Shown here piece after piece: positions 25,364-39,740 of a stretch of 64,000 bases of DNA; position 1 is the stretch's first letter; every line of letters starts with the position of its first letter. The stretch is from Podospora anserina (Eukaryota). The position numbers were made by a program, and so were the translations under genes. Location: positions 1,488,001-1,552,000 of the forward strand of contig CM030336.1 of NCBI GenBank assembly GCA_017654855.1, in the 5' to 3' direction. The notes beneath the pieces are model-generated. The model searched no databases. It was given only the letters and a program-made list of their open reading frames with translations, and was not told where the DNA came from.

Positions 25364-26061
25364 CTACAAATTCCCACAAACGTTCGCCCCTGCCGAATCG
25401 ATCCCATAAGTCTTCTTCCAATCATTACTAAACCACCACCCCCCCCTGCCCGGCCCACAATCCCTCTGTATACTCCCCCAAGCAGTAACCATCTCATTAG
25501 CACTGCAAGGGTTATCACCTCCATAAGAACTAAACATCATCATCAGCCTCCCTCCCAATCCACATATTCCCAACAACCACTTGAAAAGACTCACCAGATA
25601 TACATCATACTCCCCCCAACATTACAAAACTCCCCCCCACGGGGCGGGATCGTGTTCCCGGTGCTGCACCAGTTGCTCAAGCAAGTGAGACTGTTCTCTA
25701 ACTCGGACGCGTCGACGGGGTTGTTTGTGCAGCCGATTCTGATTCTGGCTTGCGAGGCTAGGGATGCGAAAGTGCTGTTGGAGGTGGAGGCGAAGGGGAG
25801 GGGGTATTGCGGGGAGGGGGTGGCGAGGGTGGGGTCGTCGGTCCAGATGTCTGGCTCTGCTGGGGAGGAGGAGGAGTGAGTGAGGCTCCAGGGGAGGGGG
25901 TATTCTGGGGTTGGGGCTGTTAGATCGGTGGGGTTGTTGTGGTTGTTGTTGTTGTTGTTGTTATTGGCTGAGGAGGAAGGGCTGTTACTGTCATCAGAGG
26001 GGAAGACAGCGGGGGAGGAGAGGGTGAAGGAGGGGAGAAGGAAGAACAGAAGCGGTAGCAT
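25364..26061 (-). CDS. Small secreted cysteine-rich protein
   Basis: Signal peptide, poly-Asn, a duplicated TP.P.YPLP motif and a Cys-rich C-terminus. An intron (~25529-25594) joins MMYIC to SYGGDNPCS...VCGNL*. Confidence 0.8.
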
Positions 26062-27108
26062 TGTGATCAGATTGGGAAGAAGGTTCTTGTTGTGATGGAT
26101 TGATCTTGGTGTGCCAAGAGAGGAAGAAATAAGATGCCCAGACTAGACACTTTTATGCCCAACTTCCAGTCAAGCATCTCGTTCTTGACTGGCGATATCT
26201 GACGGCTTTGAGAACCATCACAGTAGGACTGACTCAGCCTGTGGCAAGGTGTGTGGCCATCTGGTTAGTGGTTGTCATTCTGTCAGTCAGGACGGAGGGA
26301 GTACACGTGGTGCCTGGGTTGGGTGACAGACATGAGTTTGTGGGATTGGACTGGACCGCGACCCGTCTGTCACTGTAGCTTTATAAGCAGGGCTCATTGA
26401 TGGTAAATTAGGGTTCAGAACAGGTAGCCATCTGACATCATCTTGTGCTTGATGTAAAAAGGCAAAACTTGGTTCATTGCGACTGAAAGATGACTCGTAG
26501 CGTTAAATCGCAATGAAAGCATCCCAGAACAGGCAAGCACAAGATAGCCGGTTGTACGACCCCGAAATCTTTGTAACATGACAAGGCTACTGGCCCCTCT
26601 GGAAGTTCTAGCAAGTTCTGTCCAACAGACAACTACGCCACATGACAGGTTTCAGCATATGCCATCCCCAAAACACCATTCCGATTTCTCACGATGCCAA
26701 TGAGACACTTCGAACTGGCAAAACCGATGAGCTTCTTTTTTTTAATGCATCACACCACCAACGACAGCCCGAAACCGGCCGGAAGGTGTGCTCCGCATTC
26801 AACACAAGAAAGGAGGTCCAAATGTCTCGGATGGCCCGGGTCCAGACCACCTGGCTGTCACACTGACGCCATGATCAGCATTCAAGTCAAAGATGGACGA
26901 CCATAATAAAATCCGTGAAACAGAACTACGGAAATGTTCAAGTCCCATATCAAAATCCAAAAATGAATCGAAAAAGGGACATCCAGCTTTTCAAAAATGA
27001 GCTTTTGTCATTCAACTACCTTATCAAAGCCAAGACCACCCCCCTTTAACTCCACAAAAAGTAAACAAACAAACCCCCTATTTAAAAGCGGGTCCCACCC
27101 TTGCCCAA

Positions 27109-30100
27109 TCACAACCCCTCCCAAATCTCCCCAACCACATCCTGCAACATCCTCAACCCATAAAAACCCGCCACCCTCTTATAAACCCTCAACCTCCTCA
27201 TGACTTCCTCCCTCTTCACACTCTCCCTCCACTCCCCAGAGCAAGTACAATGTTCCATAAACTCATTCACCCTCGCCGCTCCACACTTCCCACACTTCAA
27301 ATCCTGACAGGTCCACTCGACCACTATCCCCTCCACCTCACCCACCAGCCTCTCCTCAATCGCATTCCTATCATACTCCGCCTCGCAATACTGACAAGCC
27401 CACCTCTTTGCCTGTGGCTCCTCGTCGGGCAAAGGCATCAAATCCTCATCCCTGCACAAATCCAAGTCCCGCGTCATGGTGCAATTTTCACAGCTCAACT
27501 GGGTTATCTTCAACGACTCCGAGGGATTCAGAAACTGCCCCTCCTTGGAGAACTCCCTCACGTCAAAAAGCGCCAACAACTCCTTCCTCAGCAATCTCGC
27601 CTCAAGAGTGATGTTCTTGTCAAGGGAGAGCACTTGCATGAGCGCCGTGACCAGTTCCAGGATTGGGTTCGCCGTTGGCTTTGCTGACGCGCTCTTCTTA
27701 TGCGCCGGCCCTGTAGACGCAGAAGAAGGAAGCAGCTGAGGGAGGTAAGACCCAGGCAAAACAGGAAAGCTGTAGTCATTGGCCAACTCTGGGTGAAGCA
27801 TCTCCCTCTTTTGCGCCTGAATCAACCCTAGAATTTCCTTCTTGAGCGGCTTCTCAAAATTCTTCCCCAGGATGATCTGGTTAGCGCCTGTGGGGACCTT
27901 GTCATCGGCTTGTTGAGTGCTGTCACCACGGAAGGGGAGCTGGGTCATTCTTGGGGTGGCAGTGGGATCTGATCCATTAGCGGGCCGTTTGATGCCGTGC
28001 ATGAGCTCGATGAACTCGACTACCCAATCTCGGAAGACTGGCTGCAGTCGGACTGGGAGGAACGTCGCGATTTGCCAGTGCATGATCATCTGGAGATCTT
28101 GCTCATCTTTTTCGAGAACTTCCTGGCAGGCTTTACCACCGTAGTTGAACTCGTCGTACCAGACCAGATAGTCCCAGTATTCCTTGATTTCAAGATCGAT
28201 GAAGTGGAACAGGGGCTTGGCTTTGATGCTCTTGAGGATGTACTGCGAGTAGGCGTACGCATTGCCAACCTCAGATTTGGTGGTTTGCAACAAGAGGCGG
28301 TTGGCACTGGCGTACACAACGTGCGACCCCACGCGGCGGAAGTCAGCCATGAGCTGGAGAAGAGCTTTCCGGCTCATCATCTGGACATAGTAGTGCAGAG
28401 CTCTGTCATAGAGGCAAGATGCCGGGGACTCAACCCAGCGGATGAGATGCTGCACCATAATATCGGCCATTGTCGACCCTTTGCAGGCTTCAGCCCACCA
28501 TGACTTGACCATTTCGCGAAGGACTTGGACACCAGCGTTCGCAAATGCATTCTCAGACTGAAACGACTCTTCCCCACCCCCGCCATCACCAGCAGGGTTG
28601 AAGGAGATACTGTCCGCGCCCTCAAGCTCGTTGATAAGAGACGACGTCAAGATGGTATTGATACCAAGATTGCGAACCTCTATATCAATGCAAACTGAAG
28701 CATAGGTGCCAGGGGTATTAACCGAAGGCATCTGCACCTGATCAAGCGGACCAACCACGTCATCCTTCTCATACCCAGCATGGTCAGGCCGCGGACTAGG
28801 CGACCACCACAAAACAACACTGTTGGCTTGCAGTCGGCGGGCATAGGCAACGTCGATCAAGAAGCGGGGATCGTCCCGCTCCAAGTTGCACAGTGGCACA
28901 TCGCCGTACTTGGCCAGGGCAGTCAAGTGCGTGATCCACGAACCAAGGCTAAGGTAGTGGTTCACCAGACGGCGTGCCACCACAGTTTGCCACCCAAGAG
29001 GCGGCAGCGAGCTATCGGCCGTGTCGTACTTGAGTGGCATGACAGGAAACTCGCCCAAGATGGGGATATCGTGCACCAGCAGGTTGCGTTGCGAGGATTG
29101 GATAACCATCATCATCGGACAGGATTCCTCCTTCTTCATCTTCTTGACAATGTCGCCAATCTCGAGGAAAGCTTTGCGGCGCGTAGTGACCTGAGTGATC
29201 TTGACGCTCAGCTTCTCTTGGTATTGGAAGCGTTCTTGCCAGGTAGAGTCTTCACCCTCTTCGCTGATCCGCCGAGCAAGCAAATCTGAGTAAAGCTTGG
29301 AGATGTTTGGCAAATCCTGACCGCCGTCCTTGCTCTTCTGCTGGATAATGACATGTGCTTGATCACCGGTTGTCGAGAACAAGCCGAAGATCTGCCGGTC
29401 ACCGGCGCTGATGTGTGACAGATACACATAAGACATACGGGCGCCCTCCAGATACGGTTTTGGCTTGGTTGGTTTCTTGAGACCATCAAGGTCAAACCCT
29501 TGCTCGAGACCCTTGCCAAGAACACCAGCTTGGCTGGTATCAATGGTGCAGAGATTACCCAACTGGAGAAGTGCCCGAAGGTTGAGTGGGATCTGCTTCT
29601 CATACACGCCTTCCACACTTGGGTGGTTAAACAGCAGTGAAAACTTCTCCGCCTCGGCAAAGTAGATCTCTTCTGGCACAGTGAGCTTAAAGAGGTGCAC
29701 CGAAGAATGGCCATTGGGAAGTGTATGGTTGACCTGTTCCACCTGACATCCGTCAATCTCGATATCCGGCAGCTCTTTGCTCTTCAAGTTCAAGAAGACC
29801 TGACGTTGGACATTGATTTTGACCGTGTGGATCTTGTTGTCGATGAGTACATAAGCGATAACAATCCCTGGCATGTCCGTTGCCTTTAGCTGGAGAACCT
29901 GCCAAGTATTCCTGAAGGTCACCTCGGCCTGGTTGCGGAAGGTCTGCTGGAGACTGTTCTGTGCATTCCCACGCCTTTCACCGAACAGATGGCGTCTCCG
30001 TGCCCTGGCTTGCTTTTGAAGCTTCCACTTCTGTTTCTGGTATTCCAAGAACGCGGGGTAGTCCTCGCTTGGATCGGGCATCTTCTTGGGAAGGGCTGCA

Positions 30101-33100
30101 AAGGGATCCTCTTCTGGCTCAGGGGACTTGCGCTTGTGAGATGCCAGCACTTTCTGGGAGGCAGCAATAGCTGAGGTAACTGTCTTGGGTTTGAGCAGAT
30201 CACCAATATCCTCCAGATCTCCCAGCTGGTTGGTAATATCGTTCAAAGGGCGCTTGGTGGTGGGTCCAAAGAGATCGGTAAGCTTCTTCTGCTTCATCTT
30301 GTCGTCCTTGATGTTGATGCGGCGCTGCAGCCAGTCCGGATGGGGAATGCGCGGTACTGGGTTGCGGACCTTTTGCAGTGCTGCCGGAATGGTGATGAGC
30401 TTCTGAATGACAGAGCCAAGACGCTCACGGTAGTACTCCCAGTCAAGCAAGGCACGAGGATCCGTATCGGCTGGCTCTTCCTTGAGCCACTTCTTCAGAT
30501 ACATCCGCTTGGTCTCTTCCTCGGCAGAGAAGATGGCAACTGGCACGGCACGTTCAGTGACAGGCGCCCCCTTGGGCCTGGCACAGATGATGAACTTGCA
30601 GTTCAAGCCCTTGTCTTTGACCATCGCCTCACCCAAGAAGTCAGCCAAGCGTTTGGCCGTCGTGATGGATGTGGACTTTTGTGAGCCGTATTCCTCCAGA
30701 GTCTTGGTCATGCTGCGGTTCTCGGAAATGAGCTCCATCAGCTCCTCGTCGGCAAGTGTTGTTCCTTTACTGTCGAGGACGTCGAGCCATCTGTTGGCAA
30801 CCTTGGCCACAGCGGTGTAGCACTCGGCCAGAGTGGTGCCGTCCAGGAAGAACTTGAAGATTTGCTGCTGGAAGATTTTGATGAGCTTCAGCTCACCTCT
30901 TCGCTTGACCTCGAAACCCTTCAGCTCAGCAAGACTGCCATCGTCGTTGAACACGGCATAACGCTTCTTCAAGTTCTTGTCCTCTTCCTTCGATGTTGGA
31001 AGAACCATGGCCTTGTACGGACCATCGACTTCGAAGAAGATGGAGTTGTCGCTGTGGGTCTCGTACTTGAACGTCTTCGGGTCAACAAGAGTCTGATACT
31101 GGTGGTTGGTGAACTTGTCGTGGACCAGGTGGTTCAACATGACACAGGGATACGAAATGGTCATTTTCTTGCCGTTCTTGAGCTTGAAGGTGAAGTTCTC
31201 TGGGAACGTAGCCGGCAACATACACCAGATACCATCCGTGTCAAGCTCCAGTGGGCGACCGAGGCGCTCGACCAGAGATCTGGCAAGCTGAATAATGGTA
31301 GCGCCCGTCAGACAGGTAACGCCGGCCATTTCCATTGAGTACCAACGGGAACCCTTTCTCATGACGTATCCGTAAAAGGAGTTGAGAATGACCTTGTGCG
31401 CCAACTGCAACGAGTCAAACAGAACGATCATCTTCTTGGCGTGGTCAACCTCGGACGCTGATGCCCCTGAGCTCCTGAGGGCATCTGTCTTGCCTTTCCA
31501 CACCTTGGCCTTTCCTTTGTAGTCGTAACGACGATCACGGAAATCGCGCACCGTGTCGATGTAGAAGGGGTTCTCTCGTTGGCAGATGATGGCTTCTCGG
31601 ACAATCGTGGTGGAGTCGTGAATCTTATGGTAGACCTTTTGCGAGTAGAGCTGCAGTCTTTTTCTGATCAGACTTGCCTGTTCATCAGCGGGTAGTTCCC
31701 CAAACGATCTTGTCGGCATGTTAGGCCTTTTCCCTGGAAAACGTTCGCTCTCCAACGCATGCCGAATCATGTTGTACTCGTCGCGCTTCGCTGGTAGATA
31801 CTCTCCTCTCCACGCCCATGGTAACCTTCTGTCGCATGTTTTGCCAGGCCGGTTGAAGTCACAGGCTGCGCAGTCTGACTCTGAGATCATGGAATCCGGC
31901 TGCAGCCGATTGGTCGTCATGATGTTGGGATACATGGAGGCGACGTCGAGATGGTAGATCAGGGGGTTCTCGAGGCGGTTTGGCGTCTCCTTGAGGTTCA
32001 TGAGCTTGGCAACGATTTGCTCCTTCACCTCGTCGTAGTTGGTGATATCGTCCATTGACTTCTTTTCTTCGACCGTGATACTAAACTTCAAGGCAGCATC
32101 CAGATCCCTCAACAACTCATCCACTGCCCCTGTGTCAACGGAAAAGGTGACGGGGATGTCTGCCCTGAACACGCCAGCCTCGATACTTTCGACGTGTCCA
32201 CCAACATACGTCTCTGATTCCAGCAAGTGTCCTTCCCAAAATGACTCCTTGGCCTGGACGTGCTTGTTTGGAAGCACGATACCCTTTTGGTAGGCCTGCA
32301 CCATCAACAACATCTCGCACAGGGTTCCTGTACCCTTTCTGAGCGTGTCGTCTGGGCCAAGCGGTAGAATGGTACAGAGAGAGAAAATGAAGGGGTGGAC
32401 GTATTTCATGTACAGATAGTAGGTGGCGACGGCATCGGAGACTGAGTACTCGGCTAGGGTTTGTGGTCTTTCTTGGGCGTAGGGTGTCATGAGTTCGGGA
32501 TCGAGTTCGTCTGGGTCGTATCCAAGCTTGGCCACCGTGACTGCCTTCAAGCCTCTGCTACCTTGTGGCAGGTAACTGTCACGGTTGACCCAGTGAAAGC
32601 AGTCCATGTGCACGCTGTAATTGCACTTGAACTGATCATCGCTGTCCCTTTTCCAACCAATTTCATGGTACAGGTCAATCCCGTTGATGCTAGCACGGGC
32701 TTCCACGAAGGGCCAATCGAAGAAATCACCGTTGTAAGTGGCGATAACGGTTGGTCGAGCTTCCTTGATGTGGAGAAAGAACCGTTCTAGTACTGACTTC
32801 TCGTCCGGCTCGTTGAAGATCATAAACGGCCCCGGGTATTCTGGTCTCGGTGTGTAATCGAAATCCGCAATGTCTTCGGAGACAACCTCTCGATTCGTGA
32901 TCAAGAAACCTTGCCCGTCGATCATGTAGGATATCATCATGATCTGATCCACCGCGGCATCGGGAAACTTTAATGGCGCCTTGCACGTCTCGATATCGTA
33001 GGCCATGACGACCGGATCTGCTGGGGCGAGGCGGTCCTCATTTCGAATAACAGTCGTCACACCGTTTTTGGCCTCTACAAAATACCAATTACCCACCCGA

Positions 33101-33973
33101 ATGTCTGACAGGAGTTAGCCAACAATGCGGGTAAAGAACCGAGAGGCACGTACCCAAGTCTATCATTACTCTAACGTGGTATGGGACGTCATATTCCCTG
33201 ATATCAACAATAAAATCGCTCGCCTCAGAAAATGATGTCTTGTGTCGTTGGTCGTCTCTTCGTAAGTCGTCGTCAAAAAGATCAAAGTTGCCGTTTGTTC
33301 TGCCATATGTCAGTAAGCCAGCAGGAGAGAAACCCCCTGAATGTCAAACTCACGTAGCAACCTCAGCATATGTGTCCATAGCATCCATCCCCTTCTTATT
33401 CTTTTCCGCTATCGGCATAATATCCCTCCTTGCCGCCATCAAGTCTTGCACATTGTGAAACTTGATCTCGAGAAACGTCCTCCTGTATCCCAGCAAGTGA
33501 TTCGGCATGCTCAAATCCTCCTTCTCAATTTTCTTGATCGACTTGACCACTCCACCCCCAGGTACCCTCTTGCACCACTCCTCCACCTCCCCTTCATGAC
33601 CCTTTCGGCAAGCTATCAAAAAGTATGGCTCAAAGTCCACCGTCGCCTTGAATGTCTGTCCGTCCTCCTCGATGAAGTAACAGTCAAGCGCTGCCCTGCC
33701 GCCACCTCCGGGAATCCGTGGGTCGTCGATAGAGGTAGCTTGTACGTTGACCAACCAGCCCTCGCGCTTCCGTCCGGCGTCATAGCGCGCAAAACCCATA
33801 TTCTCGTCGATCTGGTGTGCCAGTGCGGTTCTCTCCCACTTCTCATCCATCGAGGTGGCCTCGCCGCGGGTGCTGGACGAGGCCGCAAAGGTTTTTGTCT
33901 TGGGGCCATGGTACGCTTGTTTGCCGCCTCGTCGGTAGCCGCCCCGGGGCTGGCGGAGGGAGGTATTGGGCAT
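27109..33973 (-). CDS. pol2: DNA polymerase epsilon catalytic subunit A
   Basis: Exonuclease YDIET, polymerase LDVASMYPNI, KVILNSFYGY and ELDTDG motifs, and C-terminal Cys clusters. Two introns near 33110-33153 and 33302-33353. Confidence 0.98.
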
Positions 33974-34636
33974 GGTGAAGGTATGTAACTATCCCGTGGA
34001 CGGGTGTCAATTAATGTCGACCCGGGGTACTCTGTAGACTCGATGGCGCTGGCTGTCTTGGCTTTCTATGCTGGATGCCGCTGTGCGCTATACGCTATAC
34101 GATAGTGGAAGTGCCGAGCAAAAGAAAACGACACGCAATCATGAAAAAGGCAGCATTGAACTGATAGAAATGTCAAAGAACGAAAGACACAGCTCCTGAG
34201 TCCGTGGATTACTTGGGAAAGGTGCCAATTGGTGGTGGTGTTCGCTGTGGACCACTGCCTCGACTGTGTTGGCAAAAACCCATTAAACAAAGACGCGTTC
34301 TGAAGCGCGCTTCCAATCGCGACGCGACTTGGTGGGGCACTTAACGCAGGGGTGAAACGGTGACACCAGAAACCCTAACCCTCTGTAGACAGCTTCCCCA
34401 CGTTTTGGCAGACAAGTAAAAGCACAGACCACACCATCGAAACGGCATTGGACAGATGCAAGACTTGGAGCTCTGCATCACAAGCCGAAGCTCAAGACCA
34501 AGACAAAGTAAACAACCGGCCAGCTCAAACCCAGGTATGCCTCAATTGCACCCACATACTTCCCATATCGACTGTTAACATTCCCAAGTTTGCTCCAGCA
34601 CCACCCCTCCACCGAACTCAACATCTCCCACCCAAG

Positions 34637-35140
34637 ATGACCACCCCACCAAACGACTCCTCCAACAACCCCGAATCCGACCTCCCGTGGCTCCAAAAAC
34701 CGACAACAATCACGCCCTCATCACCGTCCCAAAAACAAAATCCCCAAGAAGAAGACCTCTCCCTCACAGCAGCGCTATCAACCATCACCCCCTCCTCCTT
34801 CCTCACCGTCCACCAAACCCCCTGCGCCCGCACCGGGCTCCTAACAGGCATAGGCCTCGGCTCCGCAGTCGGCATCCTCCGCTCGATCCTCGGTCTCCCT
34901 ATCCCCCGCGCCGCCAACTGGGCCGTCGGCACAGGCGCCCTGACCGCCATCCTCCAGTACGAGTACTGCCAGGCTAAGCGAAGGCAGGAGAAGGCCAAAG
35001 TGGCCAGAGTGGTAGAGGTATACGGGCAAAAACAGGCTGAGATGAGAGCGAAGGAGGAGGAGGATAGGAGGAGGAAGGCGGAAGAGGAGAGGAGGTTACT
35101 GGAGGAGCAAAAGGGGAAGAGTTGGTGGAAGGTTTGGTAG
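34637..35140 (+). CDS. cox20: Cytochrome c oxidase assembly factor Cox20
   Basis: VHQTPCARTGLLTGIG..G, RAANWAVG and YEYCQ motifs, two TM segments and a charged tail ending WWKVW. Confidence 0.85.
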   Translation: MTTPPNDSSNNPESDLPWLQKPTTITPSSPSQKQNPQEEDLSLTAALSTITPSSFLTVHQTPCARTGLLTGIGLGSAVGILRSILGLPIPRAANWAVGTGALTAILQYEYCQAKRRQEKAKVARVVEVYGQKQAEMRAKEEEDRRRKAEEERRLLEEQKGKSWWKVW

Positions 35141-35365
35141 GGACGTCACAAAGTGTAGGATAGTGAGGTGTAAGATAGGTTGTACATATACCAGCGGGAG
35201 CACCAGCACGAGGGGAAGCTTTTGGGTACCAAATACAAGATATCATTCATGATGGGTATATTTCCATTGTCATGTTAAAACAATTCAACGCTGCGCTATT
35301 CACCATATTCAAGATCCTCCTTCAAATCCACCCAAATCACACCACTGAGAACAAAAGGAAATTCC

Positions 35366-35366
<1 letters not shown>

Positions 35367-35397
<31 letters not shown>
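35367..35397. repeat. Poly(A) homopolymer (31 nt) between convergent genes
   Basis: Read directly from the sequence. Confidence 0.9.
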
Positions 35398-35399
<2 letters not shown>

Positions 35400-35632
35400 C
35401 AGTCATCCATGCGGCCGTTATCATTACTTCAGTAAACCCATGATAAAAAAAAGAAATTGTTGGCTAGCCTGCCGCTCACAAAAAGAACCAGGAACTCCAT
35501 AACCCATCATTGCTAGAACAAGCTGCCAGAACCCTGCAAAAAGCCCAAGCCAGAAACCAAACGCCAGTTTCCCCAATATACCGTTGAAAAGCCCCGTCCC
35601 TATCCTGGAAATAAATCCCCAGCCCCCAAACC

Positions 35633-36721
35633 CTAAACCGTCACCTTAACCTCAGCGCCCCCGTCCAAAAACCTCACCCTCCTCCTCTCCACCTTCTTCT
35701 TCACATCCGAGCTACTCCCACTGAGGCTAACAGCCGGACTCTCCCCTCGCCTCCTCCTCTGGCTCCTCCACGCCCTAGCCTCTCTTTCCTCTCTTTTCCT
35801 GTACTCAGCCAGCTGCTGCTTCCTCTTCACCGTCCTCGCATAGGCCACCGCAGCCGTAGGCTTAAACCCAATCCCATTAATCCCCGTCCCATCATCATCG
35901 CTGTCATCAGGGTCATAAATCGTAATCTCGTCGTCGTGCCATGTCAGCGATGCCCTTAAGGGATCCGTAATAACCGTTGTCGGTGGCTTCGGAGCAGCCG
36001 CCGTCGCCTCAGCCGCCGGTGGTTTCGGAGCCAAAATCGGGAGGTTTGTAAGTGTCATAGCCGGCAACGGAAGCTGTGCTTGCGGCTGGGGAGTAGTCTT
36101 TCGACTGCGGGGCTTTTTCGCAGCAGGCTTTGTCCTCGATGGTAGAGTAATTGCTCGAGGCGCGGTAGTGTGCGTGTTGGCGATCGTCTCCGACTGTTCC
36201 ACCACCCCAGTATCAATCGCGAAACGGAGCGATTTTGGTGACGACTGCCGCTGCTTATCGGCGGTATCTTGGTGTTGTTGTTCTGCATCCTGCAGACTGT
36301 CCCGGGTAACCGCATCCGCTGTCACATTATCATCACCCATCACCACCTCCCGAGTCCTCGCCCGTTTGCGGGATCCCTCCTCCGAATTGTTCATGTCCAT
36401 CTCTGATGACGAGGAGGTATCCATCGCGCTGCCAAAATCTGGGGGGGGTCCAAAAGAGTTTCTAACACTGCCGGTGCTGTCTCCACTACTGTTGTTGGGG
36501 ACAACCCCACCCCCACTCGGCGTGGGCCCCAGGGCGAGGCCCCGGAACCTGTGTGCGACGCAGCTTCGGGGGCTTGTGCTGCCGTCGTCCGTTTGGGAGG
36601 AGTCGGGGCTGAAGGTGAACTGTTGTTGTTGATGTGCTGGAGAGGGGAAGTCGGGGATTTGACGTCCTAGTATCTGCTCGCGCTTTCGCTTTGGCGTTGA
36701 GAAGGGTGATGGCGCTGCCAT
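35633..36721 (-). CDS. Conserved-type fungal hypothetical protein (disordered, basic)
   Basis: Long ORF with TPKRKR and a compact C-terminal block LTWHDDEITIYDPDDSDDDGTGINGIGFKPT...QQLAEYRKREEREAR. Confidence 0.75.
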   Translation of the reverse strand: MAAPSPFSTPKRKREQILGRQIPDFPSPAHQQQQFTFSPDSSQTDDGSTSPRSCVAHRFRGLALGPTPSGGGVVPNNSSGDSTGSVRNSFGPPPDFGSAMDTSSSSEMDMNNSEEGSRKRARTREVVMGDDNVTADAVTRDSLQDAEQQHQDTADKQRQSSPKSLRFAIDTGVVEQSETIANTHTTAPRAITLPSRTKPAAKKPRSRKTTPQPQAQLPLPAMTLTNLPILAPKPPAAEATAAAPKPPTTVITDPLRASLTWHDDEITIYDPDDSDDDGTGINGIGFKPTAAVAYARTVKRKQQLAEYRKREEREARAWRSQRRRRGESPAVSLSGSSSDVKKKVERRRVRFLDGGAEVKVTV

Positions 36722-37706
36722 TTCAGTTGTTGGTGTGAACATTCGAACGTTTCGGGAGGCGGCGGCGCTGGCGGTCAATTGCTGCTTGATGAATCCACCG
36801 AGCCTTATAGGGCCGCAGATGAGGTGCGGTAGTGCTTTTGGGACTCGATGATCTTGCCGACGATATAGCAGCTGTGGGAGTTGGGTGAGGAGACCTGGGA
36901 GGGGGGAAGGAGATATAAACAGCTGGCTGTACGGTAGTAGGTTCCAAAAACGTGGCAGTTGAGTGCAGGTGGTCTTGACAATGGATGGCTTGCCGATGCG
37001 CTACGCTATTGTTGGCCGCCCGGCGGTTGAATCGCTGAAGAAGGGAGTCGGAGTCTGAATGCAGGGCACCAGTGGCTTGTGCAGGGGTTTCGCCCCACTT
37101 TTGACAGTCGCATGAGCACATCGAGCCCCACCTTTTGCAACTTCAACTGATCACAATCGACCCAGAGACTCCGGTCCTCCAGTCAAACGATACGTCACAT
37201 ACCCGATTGCTATTGCGGTACACGTGGGATATGTTTCACAAAATCTTTTGGTGTCTATTAACTTCTAGTGTTTGACAACCAGGACCGAGTACAAACCCAA
37301 CCTTTTGCCCAACCTGACGTTGATACCATCGATGCCAACCACGTCTTGCCCGCAGCCTTGTTTGCAACCACATCGCCAAAGAGACCTCTATAAATTTCCA
37401 ACCAGACGCAGGAATTCTAAATCTTCAAGTCTCGGAGGCGAGTGAGCATCTGTTTAGCATACAAGGGGCGTTGGTATAATGTAGTCTCAGCTTTCTCCTA
37501 GCTTGGAGAAACACCATCCCAACCTCAACGCTTTGGAATCCTAGCTTGGAAGGGGTTGTGATCTCAGCATTGGGGAGTTGTAGTCCCAGCTCTTAATGCA
37601 ATAGACTGGTACTTACATCATCACAATCTACACCACCCTCTATCCAGGCGATTGAGTCATTCTTCAACTTCACCATCTCAGCCCCTTGCGTGGCTTGCGC
37701 GGCTTT

Positions 37707-38530
37707 CTACACCGCGAGGAAGCCATCCAGGGAGCGCTTGATAGCGCCATGGTCCCGTGCGCAATCACGGAGGGTTTCATCCAAGCACTTGTTGAAATTT
37801 TCGCGCTCCCTGTCTTGCATCTTTATCGAGTTTGCGGCTACCGAGATGTCAGATTGCCCTTGCTGATCACCGAAAAGCACAGCCTTGTTGACCGTGAGCT
37901 CAATGGCAGTGACTCGATCATGAAGGGCCTGAACTGCTTGAGTAAGGGCATCCAACGTAGCAGCGTCGGTCGACAGAGCAGTGGCACCCGTGGCCGGCAG
38001 GTTGTTGTGCTTTTTGAGGGCCTCGATCGTGTCCCCTTGATCTTTGATCAAACGCGCTTGTTCCTGCAGGATCAGGTACATGTTGGCTTGCATGTTGGTG
38101 ATATTCTGGCAGAGCTGGTCAATGTCGGCCTGTGTGTCATCAACACGTTCATCGGCAATCTTCACACCGGTTCCACAGGGAAAAGGAGTCGTCTTCTCGG
38201 TGATCGAGGGCAAGGTCGGCGATACTGTCGTCGGTGGAGCCCAAAGGTTTGTCAAGATCCTTGACGGCTTCTGTGGGTGCCATGTTCTTGGAGCCAACTG
38301 ACACTGAAGACAGCCAATGCTCTACGTCGTCGCAACTGCCGAGGTCGACTTCAATTCCATTGATCTCTTCATCGCGCAACACCTGCATCACTGTTAGACA
38401 CCGGAAGGAACTGCTCAGTGTCGATGGTCGAGATACTTGCCTGCATAATCTGAGCGAGCGTGATCACAGCATCAGGCTGGATAGCGGCGGGGTCGAGAAC
38501 GGGAGCAGCGTTGACGGTTGAAGAAGCAGC
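37707..38530 (-). CDS. Hypothetical coiled-coil protein, multi-exon, possibly frameshifted; 5' end uncertain
   Basis: Heptad-rich ORF 37707-38190, and an upstream exon joined by a GC-AG intron (GCAAGT...CTAAC...CAG, ~38383-38441). A frame change is needed near 38150-38290. Confidence 0.45.
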
Positions 38531-39740
38531 CTGAGTCCGTCATTATGTGAAACAAAACGCTGAGAAAGTCGACCATGATAATTGACAGTGTTGGCATTGC
38601 AGCGGCATTTCACAGTGGAAACGAATGTGTATGGAGGCAAGCCAGGGTAGGGAACCATCGACGGCGAATGTGTTTGATCGGGGACTTACATCAACCGAAC
38701 CCACGGCCGTCTTCTTGCGATGCTGGGTTTTTTTTCTTTGACTTCACCATTGTTATTCGTGAGCAGGTGGGCTGGCAAAATGGAATCGCGAGGAGGCGAT
38801 AACAGAAGCGCGGGCCGGCGAAAACAGATGCTCAAGTGGACAAGAACGAAAGCCCCAACAGTGGAAAGAGAGGCGCAAGGAGGAGAAAAAGGAGCAGAGG
38901 AAGAAGAGGGGATCAGAAGAGGGCAATTTATACCTGAGTAGCAGAAGGTGGGGCCAGCCAATGGCCGGAATCAATCCCCATTGTTTACCTATTGTTCCCT
39001 ATCATCGTAGCAAGGTGAATAGATAAGGGACTCACACGGTTAGTCAGCAAGGTATCTACGTAAGCTGGTTGGCTGATTTTTCCACTCGCGAAGAAGGAGC
39101 AACGCAACACTCGGAGAAATCAGGTTGTAGAAGAATACCCTGGAAGGGCAGAGGGCACAAGGCAGGAGAGCTTAGGTGGAAGTACGGTAGGGCAGTGGGA
39201 AGGTGAAAAAACAGGACGGGAGCAAGGAATACCAGCCATCAAGGTACTTGACGGGCATTGACACAAGGTATTGGCTCAGATAGACACTCAATAAGTAAGA
39301 GTCTAGAACATCTGTCAATATAGATATGACAATGCAGAAGCTACCGCACCCTATGATGGCCATGATCGTGGTCTAGTTCTCATCGTGCTGTTAAATCATC
39401 CCGCCACACCAGCCACACTGCACTGCCACCCCCTGATCAAGCTCTGATGACATAAGTATTGAACAAAGGCAGGCCACATTGCGTCCTTCCCAGTGGATGG
39501 CAAATGTCTTTTCTCTCCTATCATGACCTTGCTGTGGATGGTAATTTTCTTTGCTCTGCTTTCGTTTAAGACTCACGCAAAGTTGAGCCTCAAGGATCTA
39601 TGATCTCTATGCATAGCAAGGGATGTTTACATACTCTTCTGGCAGAGGGAGGTGTTTGGAGTTCGGTGGTTGCAAAAAAGACTAATGTTTGCATTGTGAT
39701 ATCTAAGCTAAGTTATAAACTCACCAAAGAAATAACTTCT

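Noticed and set aside
27250-33988. Many plus-strand ORFs over pol2
   Set aside because: Antisense shadows of a long codon-biased gene, with no motifs.
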